Source: Nitrospirota bacterium
Lineage (GTDB): Bacteria; Nitrospirota; Nitrospiria; Nitrospirales; UBA8639
Direction: 5' to 3'
NCBI GenBank assembly: GCA_003233615.1
Contig: QIMB01000477.1
Coordinates: 1-39,803 of the forward strand
Length of the DNA: 39,803 nucleotides
Positions 1 through 9,991 of the stretch are shown here, piece after piece. The notes beneath the pieces were generated by a model, which ran no database searches, was not told where the DNA came from, and saw only the letters and a list, made by a program, of their open reading frames with translations. The position numbers were made by a program, and so were the translations under genes. How positions within the stretch are numbered: position 1 is the stretch's first letter; the number at the start of each line of letters is the position of its first letter.

Positions 1-108
1 CTTTGCTTCTTCTCCCCAAGGCAAAGCACCAGCTTGCGAATAAACAGAATACCGTGAGAAATCATAAGAAACTGCCGTATCATCGTATTGCTTAATCCGA
101 TTTGCCAC
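1..108 (-). CDS. Possible 5' end of a hypothetical protein running off the window (MANRIKQYDDTAVSYDFSRYSVYSQAGALPWGEEAK...)
   Basis: GTG at 108 preceded by purine-rich GGGGACGGA; frame open to the window edge; no family recognised. Confidence 0.3.
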   Translation of the reverse strand, partial: MANRIKQYDDTAVSYDFSRYSVYSQAGALPWGEEAK

Positions 109-495
109 TCCGTCCCCGCCTAGTTAGTCATCCATGAAGTACCGCCCTCGAGGAATTGGCGATGTACCCAGCCGAGATAGCCCTTTCATCGTTTAAAAAT
201 ACAACAAAAAGCTCCCGCCTATTTATCATAAAAGCAAAAACAAAAAATAACCCCCTGCAACTTACTGAGTCACAGTGGGTTAAACATCACTCCCTGACAC
301 AAAAAAACCCAAACTTTTACATACTTATTTATGGGGGAATGAATTATAAGAAGAGTGAGAGAAGTGCAATTATCTTTTGAATGTTAATAGGGCAGCGTCC
401 TCTATTATCCGGAGAGATGTTGGCGTTATAAGGCAAAGTGGAAAGTTAACGTGAAGACCATTAGGAATCCAAGGCTGATTATCACCAGACTTTTT

Positions 496-1080
496 TTATC
501 CCAAGAGAGTTTCATTTTTTTCTTTCTCATCGGCTTCTGTCTGATCCGGCTCAGGCAGATAGCCAAGATCTTCCAACATCCTGATTATTTTCTTCACGCC
601 TTCTTCGGGGGTTTCCTTATCAGTCTCAACAAGAACTTCCGGATGAGGCGGCTCTTCGTAAGGAGCGGATACTCCCGTAAAGGTCTCTATCTCTCCAGCT
701 ATAGCTTTCCGATACAATCCCTTTTTATCCCTCTTCCGGCAGACCTCCAAGGGGCATTTCACAAATACTTCCACGAAAGGGCCTACCTCTCTCCTGACAC
801 GGGCTCTTATCTTCCGGTAAGGGGAGACAAAAGAAGCTAATACGGTTATCCCATTGCCGGTCAGTAGCTTGGCCACAAAGGTGACCCTTTCTATGTTCTT
901 ATTTCTGTCTTCCTCTGAGAAACCAAGGTCACGGGAGAGGCTTTTTCTCACTATATCTCCATCTAACCTCTCCAGCTTCAGGCCCCTTTTCTTTAACTCC
1001 TCAGCAGTCAGGTCGGCTAAGGTAGTTTTCCCCGAGGCTGACAGGCCAGTGAACCAAAGGGTGAATCCTTTCCCTCTCAT
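496..1080 (-). CDS. cysC: Adenylyl-sulfate (APS) kinase
   Basis: LWFTGLSASGKTT P-loop, LDGDIVR, DLGFSEEDR, SFVSPY, KGLY, FTGVSAPYEEP; 194 aa, typical length. Confidence 0.95.
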   Translation of the reverse strand: MRGKGFTLWFTGLSASGKTTLADLTAEELKKRGLKLERLDGDIVRKSLSRDLGFSEEDRNKNIERVTFVAKLLTGNGITVLASFVSPYRKIRARVRREVGPFVEVFVKCPLEVCRKRDKKGLYRKAIAGEIETFTGVSAPYEEPPHPEVLVETDKETPEEGVKKIIRMLEDLGYLPEPDQTEADEKEKNETLLG

Positions 1081-1085
1081 ATCTC

Positions 1086-1319
1086 TTATCCCCTCATATC
1101 CGCCGGGACTGACACCCCCATAAGGTGCAGTATAGTTGGAGCAATCTTATAGAGACTTAGGTTAATCCTGCCATATCTCTTCTTAGGGTCATAGAGCAGG
1201 AATACTCCCTCCGGGGAGTGAACAGCATCATCCGGACCAGTATCATTCCCGCTCAGGAAGAGAGTCTGATACCCGACGGTTCCGGCTGAGCGGTAGTTGA
1301 GACAATCTAAATAAATCAT
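1086..1319 (-). pseudogene. C-terminal remnant of an alkaline phosphatase/phosphodiesterase-family protein
   Basis: RSAGTVG...NDTGPDDAVH..EGVF and IAPTILHLMGVSVPADMRG resemble the C-terminus of this family; only 77 aa remain. Confidence 0.6.
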
Positions 1320-1483
1320 GAGGACAGAGACCCTGTCCTGGCGGTGGCCCGGCAGTTTACTATATAAAATCCATTCCCATATATTCCCTTAAACCCATAG
1401 GGATTTTTATGCTACCATAAAGAAAAGACCCTTTAATTTAACTCCTTTCTCAAAAGAAAGGGTGTAATCGTTATCCCCCCCTA

Positions 1484-2113
1484 CTAAATTACTACATTTC
1501 CGGAATCTCTTTCTTGCTCTCCTAGTATCCAGGCAATTGTTTCCTCACACGCCCCATACATGCCCGCAACCGGAATCTCATAAAAATGCCTTGCCCACTT
1601 TAAGCGAAGCTGTCCAGGCTCTAATGTTAAACCATTAGTTCGTCTAGACAGCATGGCAAAATATGGCAAACCGGGCTCCGGCGGCATTACCTGCGCATTT
1701 GGCATCTCTACACCGTAGGGCAATAATTGTTCAATGTGGCGTTGCGTGTTCTCGATTGTTTTCTTGCTTTCACCAGGAAACCCAAGAATAAAGCTCAGGT
1801 GAATCCCAATATTGTGCCGGCTAAGAATTTGTGCCGCCTTTAGATTTTGGTTAGTGTTGCTGCCCTTGTTCGTTTCGAGCAGAAAGCTATCATTCCCGCT
1901 CCCTGCGCTGAGGAAAACCCGTTTGCAGCTGACTTGAGAAAGAAGCTCTGCAGTGTATTCCGATACTTCATCAGCTCGAATGTAGAAGTAAAAATCACAA
2001 GCAACGAAGGCAGGTCTACTGGAAACAAACTCCTTAAGCCAAGAAATATTGATAGTAATGCTGTCTGATACTTCCCAAATTAAATCTGCCCAAAAATTTG
2101 TCCAGACCGAAGG
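1484..2113 (-). pseudogene. 5'-truncated radical SAM enzyme (C-terminal half, B12-binding type)
   Basis: Extending ORF 1484..1723 upstream by hand gives an open frame to an in-frame TAA at 2114-2116 with no ATG in the extension: ...IWEVSDSIT..WLKEF..YIRADEV..CKRVFLSAGSGND..NKG..HLSFILGFPGESKKTIENT...; CxxxCxxC absent. Confidence 0.75.
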
Positions 2114-2445
2114 TTAGTTTTGTGCTATAATATACTGGTATAATGAGTAGGGACAGATGTCACAAACCCAGAGAACTATGCGGACGATGACGGTTATAGT
2201 CACCCCGCCACTGTTTTATCTTATCACGAGCATCGGCCAATGACAAGGTCCCATTTTGCATTTAAACACTCGGCTCATAATTTGCCATTTAAAGACTCTA
2301 TAAATGCATACTTCGGTATTGAGCAACGGGGGGGATAATAGTTGACGTCCATCACTGGAGCTTTTGTTCAATAACATCAGCCAGTGTATTAACTTTTCAA
2401 AGAGCAATTATTGAAATTATTGTCTCGCTATGGTCCTACGGTCGC

Positions 2446-2474
2446 TTGACAAACGCAAGGTTTCGCTCTATATT
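2446..2474 (+). promoter_or_regulatory. Sigma-70 promoter of the + strand biosynthetic operon
   Basis: TTGACA (2446-2451), 17 bp spacer, TATATT (2469-2474), 80 bp upstream of the sbnA ATG. Confidence 0.7.
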
Positions 2475-2554
2475 GCGAACAAGTGTGAATAAACCTCTTT
2501 GGCTAAAATAACGATCCATAGCATTATATCCACATTGGGATATATCTATTTACT

Positions 2555-3583
2555 ATGCGTAACGATGAGATAGAGTCTGTTCAATTGAATAGTAGCTACA
2601 TAGCAAACATTTTGGAGGCTATTGGCAATACACCTCTAATAGCCCTTCAAAAGTTCTTACCTGATATAGAATTCTTTCTTTATGGCAAGCTGGAAGGCAT
2701 AAATCCAGGAGGAAGTGCAAAGGATAGATCGGCATTCAGTATGCTTCAACATGCAATTCGTTCAGGAGTTATAAAGAAAGGATCCATAGTCATTGAATCG
2801 AGTTCCGGTAATTTGGCAATAGGTTTAGCCCAAGCATGCTGCTATATGGACCTGAAACTTGTTTGCGTTGTGGACACTAAGATAACAATGCAGAATATTA
2901 ATATCCTTCGTGCATTCGGCGCAAAAGTTATAACTGTGTCTGAGCCAGATCCACACACCGGTGATTTTCTTCAAGCCAGGATTAAACGCGTGCAACAGTT
3001 GCTGCTAGAAATTCCGGGCAGCTTTTGGCCTAATCAGTATGCCAACTATCACAATGCATATGCGCATATCATCACAATGAAAGAAATAGCAGAATCGCTT
3101 AACTATAATGTGAATTATCTAATATGTTCCACAAGCACATGTGGAACTCTCCGTGGATGTTTTCAGTACATAAAGGAACAAAAGCTTGATGTGAAAATCA
3201 TTGCGGTGGATGCGGTTGGAAGTGTTATTTTTGGAGGTGAAAAACGTGAACGCCTGCTTCCAGGCCATGGCAGCGCTAAAAAGCCAGAACTCTTGGATGG
3301 TGTTGAAGTTGACCATATTATTCATGTCAGTGATTTGGACTGTGTCATTGGATGCAGGCATCTTGTTGCTACAGAAGGTATTCTTGCAGGAGCATCATCT
3401 GGGGGCGTAGTTATTGCCACAAGTCGTTTGCGAGATTATTTCAAACCAAAGTCAAATTGTGTTGCCATTCTACCCGATCGTGGCGAGCGATATCTTGATA
3501 CTGTATACTCGGACAAATGGGTGAATAAGCAGTTTGGTGAAATCCCAACGATGGAAGATATTGTTGACTTGGATACAAGATGA
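2555..3583 (+). CDS. sbnA: SbnA-type PLP enzyme (cysteine synthase family) for 2,3-diaminopropionate synthesis
   Basis: KLEGINPGGSAKDR (PLP Lys), ESSSGNL, STSTCGTL, DAVGSVIFGG, LPGHG, PDRGERYLDTVY; ATGA overlap with an sbnB-like gene. Confidence 0.9.
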   Translation: MRNDEIESVQLNSSYIANILEAIGNTPLIALQKFLPDIEFFLYGKLEGINPGGSAKDRSAFSMLQHAIRSGVIKKGSIVIESSSGNLAIGLAQACCYMDLKLVCVVDTKITMQNINILRAFGAKVITVSEPDPHTGDFLQARIKRVQQLLLEIPGSFWPNQYANYHNAYAHIITMKEIAESLNYNVNYLICSTSTCGTLRGCFQYIKEQKLDVKIIAVDAVGSVIFGGEKRERLLPGHGSAKKPELLDGVEVDHIIHVSDLDCVIGCRHLVATEGILAGASSGGVVIATSRLRDYFKPKSNCVAILPDRGERYLDTVYSDKWVNKQFGEIPTMEDIVDLDTR

Positions 3584-4623
3584 ACGATTCTGATATCATC
3601 CTGATAACTAGTGATAACATAAGGAAGACACTAAGAAACCAGGAAAATGTGGTTCTTGACACTGTCCGGAAGGCCTATGAGCTTCATCATTGTGGAAACT
3701 CAGTCTTACCGAACTCTGTGCTTCTACGTCTTCCGGGAAACGATGGGAATCGCGTGATAGGTCTTCCGGCTCAGATTGGCGGCGAGAAACCAGTTGTGGG
3801 AATGAAGTGGATTGCATCGTTCCCTCAGAATGTCCAGCGAGGATTAGATCGTGCATCTGCTGTTATCGTACTCAATGATCCTGATACCGGCCGTCCAAAA
3901 ACAATTCTAGAAGGCAGTGTGATCAGCTCTGTACGAACAGCCGCAAGTGCGGCCCTTGCGTCAAAATTGATAGCGAACGTGCAACAGGTTGATAGCTATG
4001 GTGTCATAGGATGTGGACGGATTAACTTCGAAATCGTGCATTTCCTACTAGCTGTACACTCTGATCTCCACACACTAGTACTATATGATAGAGAATCTGA
4101 ACACACATATACCTTTATGAAAAAATGCAATCGTATCTGGCCCAAACTAAAGATAGTAGTCTCAAAAACGCTAAAGGCTCTCGCCAAGCGTGTCCAGTTT
4201 GTTTCATTCGCAACCACAGCGTCCACTCCCCACGTATTTTCACGCACAATCTTTCATGACACATCTCTGATTCTCCACATATCCTTACGCGATCTGTCAC
4301 CCAAGATGATCTTGGAATGTGATAATGTGGTTGATGACATTGGACATGTCTGCCGCGAAAACACATCTGTTCATCTAGTAGAAAAAATGATAGGCTCCAG
4401 AGCATTCATTCGCTGTACGCTGGGAGATATAATACTTGGCAAGGCTAGTGCGAAATGCACTAACAAACGCACAACAGTTTTTAGCCCATTTGGACTTGGT
4501 GTACTGGATCTCGCGGTTGCTAAACTCGTCCTTGACTTTGCAATCGCATCTGGAGAATTCTGCCAGATAGGATCGTTTTTACCCTCCCCCTGGACAGAAG
4601 ATCTCCAAAAGGGAATAAATTAA
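3580..4623 (+). CDS. sbnB: SbnB-type ornithine cyclodeaminase-family protein for 2,3-diaminopropionate synthesis
   Basis: RVIGLPA, GMKWIASFPQN, RASAVIVLN, RTAASAAL, GCGRIN, LHISLRDL, FSPFGLGVLDL. Confidence 0.9.
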   Translation: MNDSDIILITSDNIRKTLRNQENVVLDTVRKAYELHHCGNSVLPNSVLLRLPGNDGNRVIGLPAQIGGEKPVVGMKWIASFPQNVQRGLDRASAVIVLNDPDTGRPKTILEGSVISSVRTAASAALASKLIANVQQVDSYGVIGCGRINFEIVHFLLAVHSDLHTLVLYDRESEHTYTFMKKCNRIWPKLKIVVSKTLKALAKRVQFVSFATTASTPHVFSRTIFHDTSLILHISLRDLSPKMILECDNVVDDIGHVCRENTSVHLVEKMIGSRAFIRCTLGDIILGKASAKCTNKRTTVFSPFGLGVLDLAVAKLVLDFAIASGEFCQIGSFLPSPWTEDLQKGIN

Positions 4624-4624
4624 G

Positions 4625-5821
4625 ATGCAATTGCCTGCTTCAATCAAGTCAAACATTCATAGTGACAATGCGGGGGAAAATTTCCGTATGTTCATTTTGG
4701 ATGAAGCAGCCCAACAGAAAGAGCTTCAAGGATTTGACATCATTCGGCTAACCCTTGGGAAATCGGACCTGCCTCTCCATGACGATATTACGAACGCAAT
4801 TGTCAAAACAACAAAAGATGCTTATAGGAATAACTTGGTTTTCCCAGAAGGACTTCCAGAATTGCGAAATGCCTTGAGTTGTTACTACTCCGAGTTGGTG
4901 GGGACGACCATCCCTTATGAGCGTATCATCATAGACGCCGGAACGAGTTCCTTGTATCCAAGCCTGTTTCAACTCATTCTAAAAACAGGGAGTGAAGTAC
5001 TGCTACCTCTACCGTACTATCCCCTGTATCGTATCTCATCCCTACTTGCTGGAACTACCATACGCCACTATCGCATTAATACAGATACAATGCAAATTGA
5101 CATGGAGTCTTACGAGGCGAATCTCAACAACAAGACTCGGATCGTAGTCGTTAACTCACCGGGAAATCCTCTAGGAAATATTATCACCAGAGAAGAGATC
5201 TCTCGTATGCTAGAGATATTACCAGAACAGGCATACTTGGTGTTTGATGAAATATATGAAAATACCATGTTTGAGGAACAACCGAGCATTGCCCCAATGT
5301 TGCTTTCGCAAATAGATCGGTTACGCAATCGGATAATCGTTACAAACTCCTTTTCCAAAGGATATCGAATGTACACAAAAAGGGTTGGCTGGTGTATTTT
5401 GCCCGATCATATAGTCAATGCAATGAGAATTATCCTGCACCACACCCGATTAACAGTCGACCCAGCTGTTCAATATGCAGCGGTAGAGGCACTAAAGCAC
5501 CCCGAAGAAATCCAGTATCTTAGAGAAGTCCATCTTAGACGCTGGAGATATGCCAAACATGTGCTATCAGCAATACCTCACATTCGTTTATTTTCATCGT
5601 CAGGTGGTTTCTACTGCACGATTGACTGCAGGGAGTTCATGAAGGCTTACACTATTAGCAACTGTCTGAACCTTGCGCTGGACTTGCTAGATAAAACCGG
5701 GGTAGCAACCGTTCCAGGAGAAGACTTTGGCTTGCCCGGAACTCTCAGAATTTCATTCACTTCGTCGCGATTCAATGAAGCTATGAATAAACTAGTTCAT
5801 TACTTTGCGAGAGACTTATAA
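4625..5821 (+). CDS. PLP-dependent aminotransferase class I/II
   Basis: GLPELR, NSPGNPLG, FDEIYE, NSFSKGY..RVGW (PLP Lys), VPGEDFG, LRISF. Confidence 0.88.
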   Translation: MQLPASIKSNIHSDNAGENFRMFILDEAAQQKELQGFDIIRLTLGKSDLPLHDDITNAIVKTTKDAYRNNLVFPEGLPELRNALSCYYSELVGTTIPYERIIIDAGTSSLYPSLFQLILKTGSEVLLPLPYYPLYRISSLLAGTTIRHYRINTDTMQIDMESYEANLNNKTRIVVVNSPGNPLGNIITREEISRMLEILPEQAYLVFDEIYENTMFEEQPSIAPMLLSQIDRLRNRIIVTNSFSKGYRMYTKRVGWCILPDHIVNAMRIILHHTRLTVDPAVQYAAVEALKHPEEIQYLREVHLRRWRYAKHVLSAIPHIRLFSSSGGFYCTIDCREFMKAYTISNCLNLALDLLDKTGVATVPGEDFGLPGTLRISFTSSRFNEAMNKLVHYFARDL

Positions 5822-5823
5822 AA

Positions 5824-6636
5824 ATGGCTGCTACATGTGGAGAAAACAGTTGCTCAACTAATAAGCCGTCTGATCTGACACCGAAATTGGAGGTAGATGT
5901 TATATTTGCTTGCCCCAATGAGATGGACACTGAGACAACAGAATGTCTATTCAGCGTTCTAGACGAATCAGAAAAACAGCGTTTAAAACTGTTTAGGGAT
6001 TCGAGTGCACAACGCCAATATCTTGTTGCCCATGTTCTACTTAGAGCTGGCCTCTCTGCGCGATATCCAGTTGAACCGTCGACATGGAAGTTTGCAAAAA
6101 CACACTCTGGACAACCTTACGTAAGCCATCCAGATAAACTGCCCAATCTTTCGTTTAGTCTCTCCCATACTGGTTCACTCGTAGCCTGCGCATTCACCCA
6201 AAAAGTCAGAATAGGGATAGATATTGAAAAAATCGACACTATTGTCGATATCCACGACCTTGCGCCACACATATTATCTAATTTTGAGTACACGTGGTGG
6301 CAAAGAGAGCCTACCAACAACCAAACGCGCCGTTTCTACCAACTGTGGACGATTAAAGAGTCATTGCTCAAGGCCCTTGGCTACGGCCTGGCAGTGGCAC
6401 CGTCGCAACTTTGCATCCAGCTACAAGATAAGGCTGCTCCCAAACTCTTAGATTTGCCCCAGGAATTAGGGTCTTGTGAGCATTGGGCTTTTCATCTGAT
6501 TCAACCAACTGGTTTTCACATCAATGCACTGGCCGTAAATGTCTCTCCTGGAAACAGACTACATATCAATTATAGTTATATAACTATAAAAATGCTTCAT
6601 AGTATAGTTTGCGGTAAATGGTTCCAGCATACTTGA
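5824..6636 (+). CDS. Sfp-type 4'-phosphopantetheinyl transferase
   Basis: G.PY, FSLSHTG, IGIDIE, FYQLWTIKESLLKALGYGL. Confidence 0.92.
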   Translation: MAATCGENSCSTNKPSDLTPKLEVDVIFACPNEMDTETTECLFSVLDESEKQRLKLFRDSSAQRQYLVAHVLLRAGLSARYPVEPSTWKFAKTHSGQPYVSHPDKLPNLSFSLSHTGSLVACAFTQKVRIGIDIEKIDTIVDIHDLAPHILSNFEYTWWQREPTNNQTRRFYQLWTIKESLLKALGYGLAVAPSQLCIQLQDKAAPKLLDLPQELGSCEHWAFHLIQPTGFHINALAVNVSPGNRLHINYSYITIKMLHSIVCGKWFQHT

Positions 6637-6680
6637 AAATGACTCTATCTTAAGGGATTTGTGTAACCCATAGGGACATC

Positions 6681-8708
6681 ATGAATAATATATGGTTAAT
6701 ACCTGAGCACATGCAACGATTGTGGTTTGTATACTCTACGGCACAAAATAAAGGACTGCTTAATATCGGTGCCGATATTGTAATCAAAGGTAAGTATAAT
6801 TTGGAGGAACTGAGATCGGCATTTACCGCCGCTATTTACAGGCATGATGCATTCAGAACTCGATTCAATATTGGACCCTCAGGAGTAGAGTGCCAGCTGC
6901 TTGAGGAACCTATCATTAGATGGCAGATCGAGAATGTCAGTGCCTATTCAGGACAATCACACGAGTCATTTCACACATTAATCGCCGACAAAGAGAGTGC
7001 CCCTTTGCCTGTTGAAAAGGGATCCCCTATCCGTGGCACTCTATATCTATTTGGGAAGGGGCTAGCAGTTTTAGCTGTAACCGCTCATCATCTCGTTGCA
7101 GATGCTTGGACTATCCGTATCCTAATAGAAGATATGCTCCATGAGTGGCGACAGCTGCGAGGTGAGAGTCTGTTAAATCTTCCTCCGCAAGGTTCAATAT
7201 GCAGTATTTTGGCGCAGCCTAATGCGTACCGTATACCACAAGAAACAAGCGTTTTAGAATGCAGTCAGAAATCATCATTCACACTTCCATTGGATCATGT
7301 AGTCAGCCATGATAAACGTACTGGTAACGGCGCAGAAATTGTGATCACGCTTGACAAAAGGCTTTCTCAAAAACTACGTCAACTAGATAGAAAAAAAAAC
7401 CTGACACTCTTTGCAAAATTTACAGGATCATTTTTTCTTCACTTATCAGAAGTTTGCGCCACACAAACTGTAGAGGCGGGTATCTTGATAACTATCCGTA
7501 ATCTCCGCCACAATCAACGAACCGCAGGCTGTTTTGTTCACGCATCGCCCTTAGTAGTCACTATTCCTCTGGACGCGACCGCAATTCAAGTAATAGAAGA
7601 TGTCAACAAACAATTACAGAAGCTTCGGGGCCAAACACTACAGAACCATACTCTTGGAACGAAGCGATTTCCCATTATGATTTCCATGGTCAGGGATTCT
7701 TTAACACATCTAATTGGACCTGATGGTATTGGAATTCACTACGAGAGGCGCATTCGTACTCAAGCCGAGTGCGACTTACATGTATTCTTCTACCAACATA
7801 ATGAGAATGTGGATATCATTTTCAACTACGACTCAGATGTACTGAATGCTGATACTGTATCATCATGGGCAAAAGGCTATGTACAACTGCTTAACAAGAT
7901 ATGTCGATCTCCAATGATTCCCTTGAGAGATATAAGAACTGCTCAGAGAATTCATGCCTTGAAACAAGACCCTCCACATATCGATTGCAATCTTCAGCAC
8001 ATAGGTCTAGCTGCCTGGGAACTCGATATCGGTCTTCAGAGATTGGCAGCAGTTGGCATTTTCCAGCATGGAAAATCATGGGAAGATCATGAAACAGGAG
8101 TGGCAATGGCTCTTGCAGGATTACCCAAAGGATTGCAGTTGGAGGTAATTGCTCCTATGCATGCGAATGCACCTTGTGTTGGAGCTCTAACGCGAGATGG
8201 AGAGGGACCCTATCATTGTTGCTGGCGAGTGTCAAATGTTAACGACCTACTCTCTGCCATGACCCGATTATCCATCAAGCACACTGTGATTCGGCAAAAC
8301 GGAGAATCCGACTTGTTCCCATCTGAGAAAGTTACATTCGTTGTAATAGAAGGCTTCGTTTTAGTTGAATTCCTCGACCATGTGATACCAAACAGTAAAG
8401 GAAGGAAACAGAATGAAGACATGGTACGGATAGGTATCAAATCAGACAATATGACAAACGCCCGCCTATTTCTTCAACTCATGGGATATTGCCCATATGA
8501 AATGGCCGGACCAGATAGTACGATCGAATCCTGGGCAAAGACTGATGCTGGTCACATTATTTGCCTTGTTCCGGCAAACTCGCAGCAGGCATCTATGCTT
8601 GCTTGGGTTGATTATCCTAAAACTCCAGAACCAGCGTCTATATGTCGAAAATCCGGTAGCATTAAAATGAGCACTACATGGTGGGCCCGTTTACGACTTG
8701 GCAACTGA
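6681..8708 (+). CDS. Stand-alone NRPS condensation domain fused to a C-terminal VOC (glyoxalase/methylmalonyl-CoA epimerase-like) region
   Basis: QRLWF, RHDAFRTRF, intact HHLVADAW, FNYDSDV over the first ~410 aa; then LQHIGLA...QLEVIAP...GEGPYHCCWRV...LVEFL (VOC pattern). Confidence 0.78.
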   Translation: MNNIWLIPEHMQRLWFVYSTAQNKGLLNIGADIVIKGKYNLEELRSAFTAAIYRHDAFRTRFNIGPSGVECQLLEEPIIRWQIENVSAYSGQSHESFHTLIADKESAPLPVEKGSPIRGTLYLFGKGLAVLAVTAHHLVADAWTIRILIEDMLHEWRQLRGESLLNLPPQGSICSILAQPNAYRIPQETSVLECSQKSSFTLPLDHVVSHDKRTGNGAEIVITLDKRLSQKLRQLDRKKNLTLFAKFTGSFFLHLSEVCATQTVEAGILITIRNLRHNQRTAGCFVHASPLVVTIPLDATAIQVIEDVNKQLQKLRGQTLQNHTLGTKRFPIMISMVRDSLTHLIGPDGIGIHYERRIRTQAECDLHVFFYQHNENVDIIFNYDSDVLNADTVSSWAKGYVQLLNKICRSPMIPLRDIRTAQRIHALKQDPPHIDCNLQHIGLAAWELDIGLQRLAAVGIFQHGKSWEDHETGVAMALAGLPKGLQLEVIAPMHANAPCVGALTRDGEGPYHCCWRVSNVNDLLSAMTRLSIKHTVIRQNGESDLFPSEKVTFVVIEGFVLVEFLDHVIPNSKGRKQNEDMVRIGIKSDNMTNARLFLQLMGYCPYEMAGPDSTIESWAKTDAGHIICLVPANSQQASMLAWVDYPKTPEPASICRKSGSIKMSTTWWARLRLGN

Positions 8709-8826
8709 TTAGATGTTAAACCTTTTTGGATGTAGAGCAATCTTCTTTTTCGTGTCGTGATCAGCAGTATTCATTTTAGTGGCACGGCATAATAGTGTTC
8801 ACTAAAACTTAGGAAAGGTTCTGAAT

Positions 8827-9912
8827 ATGCCAGCACAAGATTCACCCTGCAAAGCCCTGCGGGAAGACATAACTATTCTCCTTACTAACAAATGTGGTAA
8901 TCAATGCAAGCACTGCATACCCGAAAGCGGGACTCTTCTCCCAGACGAGATGACTGCGGCAGACATTATCCGCAGTTTCCCACTCTTACAAAGCTATGCC
9001 GACGCGTCGGGTATTGCGCTTAGTGGCGGCGAACCACTCCTAAGACCTGATTTCCGTAGTATCTATGAAGTAGCTTGCAAGTTTTTCAGGATCACACTAT
9101 TCACTAGTGGTATTGGACTTACTAGTGACCTCATGACATTATTTCGAGACAGTCCCCCAAAGCGAGTCATCGTTTCCCTTTATGGATTGCAAACTTCCCA
9201 TGACTCATTCTGTAACAGGAAAGGAGCCTTCTCTGATGTAGATCAAGCTCTGACCTTTTTTAGGGAAATTGGGGCACCAACAGTTGTAAATCTCGTATGC
9301 CATAGTGGCAACCTTACCGAAATCAAGCAGGTAATTGAGAATTTGAAAACGCGTGGGGTGGCCGATAAGTTTAAAGTATTAACGTTCTCACCTCTTGGGA
9401 GAGGACAGTCTCTGGACTCTTTACTTGTCAAAAACATCGAGTGGATAGGGTTCGTGGATGACCTCCGGGAACATTTTCTTCGAACCGACAAATGCTTCGG
9501 ATCCAAAATAGAGGTTGAAAGACATGTCCGGAGTATTGGCCTCAGCAATTCACACAGGCCCAATTGCTGTTCCGTGTCTATCGATAGGAACGGCGTGTTC
9601 GCGTCTTGCATACATATTGATGCCAACGGCGACATGTACCCATGTGTAATGCTTCTGAGAAATCCAGTTTTTAGATTTGGCAATATCAGGACTATTGATA
9701 CGATTGACCTATGTAGTTACTATGAGAGAGTTAGTACAGAAGTATCAATGATTAAGAAACGAAACTGCACTCAGTGCAGTGCTACAAACGATTGCACGGG
9801 AGGATGCTTGGGCTACCACCTGACGACAGGAAAGGATCGCAGGTGCGAGGATTTCACTTTTGATCTTGGTTGTCCAACTCGTTACGAGCCTTTGTTTTTG
9901 CCGCCGGATTAG
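8827..9912 (+). CDS. Radical SAM/SPASM protein (paralogue 1)
   Basis: CGNQCKHC, SGGEPLL, VSLYG, IDANGDMYPC, FGNI, CTQC...CTGGC. Confidence 0.9.
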   Translation: MPAQDSPCKALREDITILLTNKCGNQCKHCIPESGTLLPDEMTAADIIRSFPLLQSYADASGIALSGGEPLLRPDFRSIYEVACKFFRITLFTSGIGLTSDLMTLFRDSPPKRVIVSLYGLQTSHDSFCNRKGAFSDVDQALTFFREIGAPTVVNLVCHSGNLTEIKQVIENLKTRGVADKFKVLTFSPLGRGQSLDSLLVKNIEWIGFVDDLREHFLRTDKCFGSKIEVERHVRSIGLSNSHRPNCCSVSIDRNGVFASCIHIDANGDMYPCVMLLRNPVFRFGNIRTIDTIDLCSYYERVSTEVSMIKKRNCTQCSATNDCTGGCLGYHLTTGKDRRCEDFTFDLGCPTRYEPLFLPPD

Positions 9913-9991
9913 AGGTATAGATGCAAACAAGTTACAGCTGGTATTAGCCTCTTAAGACAAACTAAAAACAGTAAACCAAAGGAATAGTTGT

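Noticed and set aside
2555-4623. Staphyloferrin B siderophore cluster
   Set aside because: No NIS synthetases (SbnC/E/F), decarboxylase or uptake genes; Dap appears to feed the NRPS.
8780-8797. Sigma-54 promoter before rSAM-1 (TGGCAC)
   Set aside because: No TTGC -12 element at the required spacing.
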